Below are positions 58,321 to 64,000 of a stretch of 64,000 bases of DNA, piece by piece (within the stretch, counting starts at the first letter, position 1; each line of letters opens with the position of its first letter). The stretch comes from Acutalibacteraceae bacterium. Its GTDB lineage: Bacteria > Bacillota > Clostridia > Oscillospirales > Acutalibacteraceae. The position numbers and the translations under genes are program-made. The notes under the pieces were generated by a model. That model saw only the letters and a program-made list of their open reading frames with translations, did not search any database and was not told the origin of the DNA. The stretch spans positions 27,610-91,609 of the forward strand of contig JAZSDP010000078.1 in the NCBI GenBank assembly GCA_045531265.1, written 5' to 3'.

Positions 58321-59190
58321 TTACAGATACAAATCCACGCTTATTCCGTAATGGTCAGATGCGAACATTCCCGAAACAAGCTCGTCAATTACCTTATACC
58401 TTGCAACCTTGGTCTTTTCGGGAACGAAGATGAAGTCGATGATTGAAAGAACATCGCTGTTTTCATAATCGTGATAGGTGTGTGTATCCTCACTTTCGGC
58501 AGCAAGATATTTGCCGTCCTTGAGTGTTGTGAGCATTTCCTCGTAAACAATGCTCTTTTCGTCGGCGTTGAAGTCGCCTGTGCAGATAACAGGATAACCG
58601 CTTTCCGATATTTCACGGATTTTTCTGTTAAGCACCTTTACCTGCATCACTCTTGCCTCGTCGCTTACGTGGTCAAGATGGGTGTTGATATGGGTGTAAA
58701 TCTTATCCGTTTCCTTCATTTTAAGTGTTGCCCAGGTGGCAATTCTTGTGCAGCCCGAATCCTCGTGCTTTGTGTAAGGGACATCGGGCGTATCGGAAAG
58801 CCAGATTGTTCCGCTGTCAACAAGGTCGAATTTATCCTTGAGATAGAACACTGCAGATGCTTCAGAGTCGGGATCCTCGTCTCTGTGCTGAGTTACACAG
58901 TCATATTTATCTGAGAGGTGCTTTGAGAGGAGATTAATCCACTTTCCCGTTGCTTCCTGAACGCCGAAGGAATCGGGAAGGTACTTTTCAATCTGTGCCA
59001 TAAGAAGCCTTGAACGGACATTGACCGAGCCGAAAAGGTCACTTGCACAGCGCACATTATATGAAATAACTCTAAGGCTTTCGGGCACTTTTTCAGGCAC
59101 ATTTTTTATGTTGTAGTTTATTGGCAGAAAGAAAAACAGATTCATAACGAATGAAAGTATAACTGCCCAGATTTTGTTCCATAAAGACAT
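58321..59190 (-). CDS. endonuclease/exonuclease/phosphatase (EEP) family protein with an N-terminal membrane anchor or signal
   Basis: EEP motifs are present: VISYNVRC, GVQEA, INTHLDH, CTGDFNA and SDHYGISVDL. I prefer the start at MSLWNKIW (ATG 59188-59190) after a GGAGAG RBS, which avoids overlap with the upstream paralog. Confidence 0.88.
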   Translation of the reverse strand: MSLWNKIWAVILSFVMNLFFFLPINYNIKNVPEKVPESLRVISYNVRCASDLFGSVNVRSRLLMAQIEKYLPDSFGVQEATGKWINLLSKHLSDKYDCVTQHRDEDPDSEASAVFYLKDKFDLVDSGTIWLSDTPDVPYTKHEDSGCTRIATWATLKMKETDKIYTHINTHLDHVSDEARVMQVKVLNRKIREISESGYPVICTGDFNADEKSIVYEEMLTTLKDGKYLAAESEDTHTYHDYENSDVLSIIDFIFVPEKTKVARYKVIDELVSGMFASDHYGISVDLYL

Positions 59191-59213
59191 ATACAAGCTC
59201 TCCTTTACTTTTT

Positions 59214-60086
59214 TTAGAATCTGATATCCGCACAAAGACCTGCGTGGTCGGAAAGATACATATCAGCTATTTTTTCGTCAATGATTTTGTATCTGTCAAC
59301 CTCTGTTCCGTCAGAAACAAAAATGAAATCAATAGGTCTTTTTTCAAAGGGATTAAGTCCGTAGTTTATGTAGGTTGCACCGTCGTCGCTTTCTTTTGCA
59401 AGATACTTTGTGTCCTTAAGGCAGGTGCTCATTTCCTTGTAAGCATCTGCACCCTCCTTGGTGTTGAAATCACCTGTGCAAACAAGAGGATATCCCTTTT
59501 CAAGAAGCTCATTGATTTTTACTTCAAGGACCTTTACCTGCTTTACTCTTACGCTTTCAAGCACGTGGTCAAGGTGAGTGTTTATATGGGTGTAGCTTTC
59601 ACCTGTTTCTTTATTTTCGAGAACTGCCCAGGTTGCAATTCTGGGGCAGAAGGAAAGGCTGTATTTTGAAGCGAACTCGTCGGGCGTATCGGAAAGCCAG
59701 ATTGTTCCGCTTTCTTTAAGGTCGTATTTGTCTTTAAGGTAGAACACTGCCGAAGCCTCGGAGTTGTTTTTGCCGTCTCTGAACTGAGTTACAAGGTCAT
59801 ATTCGTCGCCAAGCTCTTCACTGAGTATGCTCAGCCATTTTTCCGTAGCCTCCTGAACGCCGAAGGAGTCGGGCTTATACTGCTTCAAAGCGGAAACGAT
59901 AAGCTGACTTCTGTTTTCAACACTGCCGTAAGGGTCGTCTGCACAGCGGACATTGAAGCTTATGATTCTTACGCTGCCATCACTTTTTTCGGGAACATTT
60001 TCAATGGTGAGGGATTCGGGCACAGTGATACCCAGAGCAAACATAATTGAAATTGCAATTGCGATAAGCTGTTTTACAATAAACAT
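59214..60086 (-). CDS. endonuclease/exonuclease/phosphatase (EEP) family protein, tandem paralog
   Basis: The 290-aa ORF has a GGAG RBS, an N-terminal hydrophobic helix and the motifs IISFNVRC, GVQEA, INTHLDH, CTGDFNT and SDHAGLCADI. By eye it is roughly 55-60% identical to the downstream copy. Confidence 0.9.
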   Translation of the reverse strand: MFIVKQLIAIAISIMFALGITVPESLTIENVPEKSDGSVRIISFNVRCADDPYGSVENRSQLIVSALKQYKPDSFGVQEATEKWLSILSEELGDEYDLVTQFRDGKNNSEASAVFYLKDKYDLKESGTIWLSDTPDEFASKYSLSFCPRIATWAVLENKETGESYTHINTHLDHVLESVRVKQVKVLEVKINELLEKGYPLVCTGDFNTKEGADAYKEMSTCLKDTKYLAKESDDGATYINYGLNPFEKRPIDFIFVSDGTEVDRYKIIDEKIADMYLSDHAGLCADIRF

Positions 60087-60268
60087 AAATTTTTTCTCCT
60101 TTGTAAAGCTGATACAAAAATTTTACTTTATATGTTAGATTTTGTCAACAACAGCCGCCCAAAAGATAAAAAAATATAAGAAAAGAGATAAAATTTGGGC
60201 TGTAGCTATTGATATTTACTTTAAAATTTGAGATAATATACTGAAATATACCCTAAGGAGGATTTGCT

Positions 60269-61912
60269 TTGAACACTAAGCTTGCAGAACTTCTGTTTCC
60301 CGATATAACAAAAACACCTGACGATATGGAAAATTTGTTTCCGCCCAGAAATCTCAAGGAAGGTGCAAGAGTAACAAGACTTGCTCCCTCTCCCACGGGC
60401 TTTCTTCACTTCGGAAACCTTTTCACAGGTATGGTTGCGTATAAAACCGCAAAGGTTACCGACGGTGTTTTTTATGTAAGAGTTGAGGACACTGACCAGA
60501 AAAGAAAGGTTGAAGGCGCTATTGAGGTTATGCTCGAGGGTCTTCGTGCTTTCGATGTTATTGCAGATGAAGGCGTTGTCGGTGAAGGTGTGGAAAAAGG
60601 TGACTACGGCCCTTACTACCAGAGTCAGCGCAAGGAAATCTACCATGTATTTGCAAAAAAGCTTGTTCTTGACGGTCTTGCATACCCCTGCTTCTGCAGT
60701 GCAGAGGCTCTTGATGAAATCAGAGCACAGCAGGAAAACGAGCCTCAGAAGGGCTATTGGGGTAAATATGCCGCCTGCCGTAACCTTACAATTGAGGAAA
60801 TTGAAAAGAATATTTCTGAGGGCAAGCCCTGGACTCTCCGCCTTAAGTCACCCGGTGATGCGGAAAAGAAATGCTTCTTTGACGATATGATAAAGGGCAA
60901 AATTGAAATGCCCGAAAATGTTCAGGATGTTGTACTTTTAAAGTCTGACGGCATTCCTACATATCACTTCGCTCACGCAGTGGATGACCACCTTATGAGA
61001 ACAACTCATGTGGTAAGAGGTGATGAATGGATGTCAAGCTGTCCCATTCACCTTCAGCTTTTCAAGTGCCTCGGCTTCAAGGTGCCCAAGTATGCTCATG
61101 TAGCTCCCATTATGAAGGAGGAAAACGGCGGAAAGCGTAAGCTTTCTAAGCGTAAGGACCCGGAAGCAGCCGTAACCTTCTATGTTGAAAAGGGCTACCC
61201 CAAGGAAAGCGTAAACGAATATATTATGACCCTTATGAACTCCAATTTTGAGGATTGGAGAAAGACCAATAAGGATGCAGATATAGAAGCCTTCCCCTTC
61301 AATCTTAAGAAGATGAGCGTTTCAGGTGCTCTTTTCGATATGTTGAAGCTGAATGATGTTTCAAAGAATATTATTTCTCTTATGCCTGCAAAAAAGGTAT
61401 ATGATTATACCGCAGGATGGGCGAAGGACTATGACAGTGAGCTTTACTCACTTCTTACACAGGATGAAGAATATTCCGTGAATATTCTCAATATTGACCG
61501 TGAAACGCCCAAGCCGAGAAAGGATATCTCCTGCTTCAGTGAGGTTAAGGATTATATCAGCTATTTCTTCTCCGAAATTTATGAGAAGAATTACGAAATG
61601 CCCGAAAACATCACACCTGATATGGCAAAGGAAATTCTTGAAGCTTACCTTAAGGAATTCAACCCTGCCGACGATAAGCAGCAGTGGTTCGACCGCATAA
61701 AGGCGCTTTGTGAGCCCCTCGGCTACACACCCAATGTTAAGGAATATAAGAAGAACCCCGATGCCTTCAAGGGTCATGTGGGCGATGTTTCAACGGTTAT
61801 CCGTATTGCCGTAACGGGCAGAAGAAATACCCCCGACCTTTACGCAATTATGAGCCTTTTAGGTGAAAGCACCGTTAAAGAAAGACTCAGCGATGCAATA
61901 AAATCTCTTTGA
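60269..61912 (+). CDS. gltX: glutamate--tRNA ligase (long form)
   Basis: A TTG start lies 7 nt after AAGGAGG. Class I aaRS motifs are present: [12 protein letters not shown] (HIGH-type), VEDTDQKR and KLSKRK (KMSKS). Confidence 0.9.
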   Translation: MNTKLAELLFPDITKTPDDMENLFPPRNLKEGARVTRLAPSPTGFLHFGNLFTGMVAYKTAKVTDGVFYVRVEDTDQKRKVEGAIEVMLEGLRAFDVIADEGVVGEGVEKGDYGPYYQSQRKEIYHVFAKKLVLDGLAYPCFCSAEALDEIRAQQENEPQKGYWGKYAACRNLTIEEIEKNISEGKPWTLRLKSPGDAEKKCFFDDMIKGKIEMPENVQDVVLLKSDGIPTYHFAHAVDDHLMRTTHVVRGDEWMSSCPIHLQLFKCLGFKVPKYAHVAPIMKEENGGKRKLSKRKDPEAAVTFYVEKGYPKESVNEYIMTLMNSNFEDWRKTNKDADIEAFPFNLKKMSVSGALFDMLKLNDVSKNIISLMPAKKVYDYTAGWAKDYDSELYSLLTQDEEYSVNILNIDRETPKPRKDISCFSEVKDYISYFFSEIYEKNYEMPENITPDMAKEILEAYLKEFNPADDKQQWFDRIKALCEPLGYTPNVKEYKKNPDAFKGHVGDVSTVIRIAVTGRRNTPDLYAIMSLLGESTVKERLSDAIKSL

Positions 61913-61925
61913 AAGGAGAAGTAAA

Positions 61926-63581
61926 ATGGAAGAATTAACAAATGTTTCCAACTTTATCCACGACTTCATTGACGAAGACCTGGAAAAAGGTGTTTATACC
62001 CATGTGCAGACCCGTTTTCCGCCTGAGCCCAACGGCTACCTTCATATAGGTCACGCCAAGGCTATACAGATTGACTTTTCAACTGCTGAAAAGTACGGCG
62101 GTACCTGTAACCTCCGCCTTGACGATACCAACCCCTCCAAGGAGGATGTTGAGTATGTTGACGCCATTATGGAGGATATTCAGTGGCTCGGCTACAAATG
62201 GGATAAGGTGCTTTATGCATCAAGCTATTTTGACTTCATTTACGAATGTGCAATAAAGCTTATCTCTATAGGCAAGGCTTATGTCTGCGACCTTACGGCT
62301 GATGAAATCCGTGAATACAGAGGAACTCTCACAGAGCCGGGTAAAAACAGCCCCTACAGAGACCGCTCCGTTGAAGAAAACCTTGACCTTTTCAAGAGAA
62401 TGACCGACGGTGAATTCCCCGACGGTGCGAGGGTGCTCAGGGCAAAAATTGATATGGCTTCACCCAACATCAATATGCGTGACCCGGTTATTTACAGAAT
62501 CGCCCATGTAAGCCACCATCAGACAGGTGACAAATGGTGCGTATATCCTATGTATGACTTTGCTCACCCCATTTCCGATACAAGAGAGGGTGTTACCCAC
62601 TCCCTTTGCTCCCTTGAATTTGAAAATCACAGACCTCTTTACGATTGGTTCCTTCGTGAATTAGGCTTTGAAACTCCCTCAAGACAGATTGAGTTTGCAA
62701 GACTCAACCTTAACTACTGCCTTACAAGTAAGCGTAAGTGCTTACAGCTTGTAACTGAGGGCATAGTTGACGGCTGGAACGACCCGAGAATGGTTACAAT
62801 CAGCGGTATGAGAAGAAGAGGCTATCCCGCTGAAGCAATCCGTGATTTCATTTCCCGTGTGGGTGTTTCAAAGGCTTACAGTGTTGTTGATTTCGGCCTT
62901 CTTGAGGCTTGTGTAAGAGATAACCTTAATGCCAATGCACCCAGATGTATGGCTGTTTTAAGACCTTTGAAGGTTATTATCGATAACTACCCCGAAGACT
63001 TAGTTGAAGAGCTTGAGCTTCCCGTAAATCAGGACAGACCTGAAATGGGTACAAGAGTCATCCGTTTTTCAAAGGAAATCTATGTTGAAAAGGAAGACTT
63101 TATGATTGAGCCGCCGAAGAAATATTTCCGTCTCTTCCCCGGTAACGAGGTAAGACTCAGAGGTGCTTACTTTGTTAAGTGTGTCGGCTACGATACCGAC
63201 GAAAACGGTGAGGTTACAGCAGTTCACTGCACCTATGACCCCGAAAGTCGCGGCGGTAATTCACCCGACGGCAGAAAGGTGAAGGGCACCCTTCATTGGG
63301 TAAGTGCAAAGAACAGCCTTGACTTTGAGGCAAGACTTTACGACAGACTTTTCGTAAACCCCAACCCCTCCGACGAGTCAACAGGCTCCTTCAAGGATAA
63401 CCTTAACCCGGATTCACTGCAGATTCTCTCAGGCTGTAAGCTTGAAGACGGTATCGGCGAAATAAAGGTCGGCGACACCTTCCAGTTTATGCGTCAGGGC
63501 TATTTCTGCGTTGATACAACAACCACTGAGGATAAGTTAGTGTTCAACAGAACAGTTGCACTCAACTCGTCCTGGAAATAA
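61926..63581 (+). CDS. glnS: glutamine--tRNA ligase
   Basis: The 551-aa ORF has a GGAG RBS. GlnRS motifs are present: [36 protein letters not shown] and LTSKRK. Confidence 0.95.
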   Translation: MEELTNVSNFIHDFIDEDLEKGVYTHVQTRFPPEPNGYLHIGHAKAIQIDFSTAEKYGGTCNLRLDDTNPSKEDVEYVDAIMEDIQWLGYKWDKVLYASSYFDFIYECAIKLISIGKAYVCDLTADEIREYRGTLTEPGKNSPYRDRSVEENLDLFKRMTDGEFPDGARVLRAKIDMASPNINMRDPVIYRIAHVSHHQTGDKWCVYPMYDFAHPISDTREGVTHSLCSLEFENHRPLYDWFLRELGFETPSRQIEFARLNLNYCLTSKRKCLQLVTEGIVDGWNDPRMVTISGMRRRGYPAEAIRDFISRVGVSKAYSVVDFGLLEACVRDNLNANAPRCMAVLRPLKVIIDNYPEDLVEELELPVNQDRPEMGTRVIRFSKEIYVEKEDFMIEPPKKYFRLFPGNEVRLRGAYFVKCVGYDTDENGEVTAVHCTYDPESRGGNSPDGRKVKGTLHWVSAKNSLDFEARLYDRLFVNPNPSDESTGSFKDNLNPDSLQILSGCKLEDGIGEIKVGDTFQFMRQGYFCVDTTTTEDKLVFNRTVALNSSWK

Positions 63582-63599
63582 AAAGGAGAAATTAAAAAA

Positions 63600-64000
63600 T
63601 GAAAATTGCATACCGTATTATTACCCCAATTTTATCCTTGGGCGCAATTGCAATGGGACTTCTTCTGAAGCTGTTCTATTTTGCAATCGGCGGCGCAACA
63701 GAGGAGCTTTCAAGTATCGTTCAGCTCGTTCAGCAGTTCGGCGTAACAACTCAGTTTGAATATTCAGCAATTGAAATCATTCAGCTTCTTATGGGTATTG
63801 AGCCCTCAGCAGAGGAAGGCTCAGCAACCTTCCTTACAGTTGCAGAGCCCATCCTTCCCCACCTTATTGTTTTTGTTGTACTTTTTGTTATTGCACTTTT
63901 ACTCTTCCTTGCAGTTGCAGGTGTTTCAGCAGCAACAGGCAACAGAAAAGCAGTTATGGGACTTTGCATAAGCGGTCTTGCTGTTATGTTTATTGCAATC
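63600..64000 (+). CDS. hypothetical integral membrane protein; the 3' end runs off the window
   Basis: The ATG at 63600 follows AAAGGAG, and the frame stays open to the window edge. The translation MKIAYRIITPILSLGAIAMGLLLKLFYFAIGG...HLIVFVVLFVIALLLFLAVAG shows several hydrophobic helices. Confidence 0.6.

Noticed and set aside
60087-60268. A T-box riboswitch expected upstream of gltX.
   Set aside because: The leader after the candidate promoter (TTGATA...GATAAT at about 60209-60237) is only about 30 nt. No specifier-loop or T-box (..GGUGGUACC..) sequence is present.

Overview
This window looks like chromosomal DNA from a low/moderate-GC Firmicute, probably a Clostridia or Ruminococcus-like anaerobe. 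That placement is an inference from the glgBCDA operon containing glgD, GGAGG-type ribosome binding sites and CTT-rich Leu codon usage. Housekeeping genes flank both ends. On the left are a secreted hydrolase, an SLC45/GPH-like MFS transporter with glgP, a TagGH-like ABC-2 exporter, a QueH-HAD fusion and glgB-glgC-glgD-glgA. On the right are araD, a small secreted protein, two tandem EEP-family phosphoesterases, gltX, glnS and a partial membrane protein. The centre holds two same-strand genes that together fill about 38 kb. The first is a 2,434-aa secreted protein (18579-25883) with Listeria/Bacteroides-type B-repeats and Cys-rich modules. The second is one uninterrupted 30,357-nt ORF (26341-56697) encoding a 10,118-aa acidic protein with an N-terminal signal/anchor. 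I recognised no catalytic or sorting motif in it by eye. Its body is about 15 divergent modules of 470-810 aa, each sharing several conserved motifs, and its tail is a hydrophobic segment, an acidic stretch and a basic amphipathic helix. Each of the two genes has its own sigma-A-like promoter and its own terminator. They share an AATGATATACT -10 context, a related leader motif and an FFQKI-containing C-terminal helix, so I treat them as a candidate undescribed cell-envelope or giant surface-protein system. The intergenic regions are rich in hairpin-forming repeat elements. The glgB leader carries five tandem CAC-hairpin-ATTTCAC units. All functional calls rest on motif recognition by eye; no database search or structure prediction was run.
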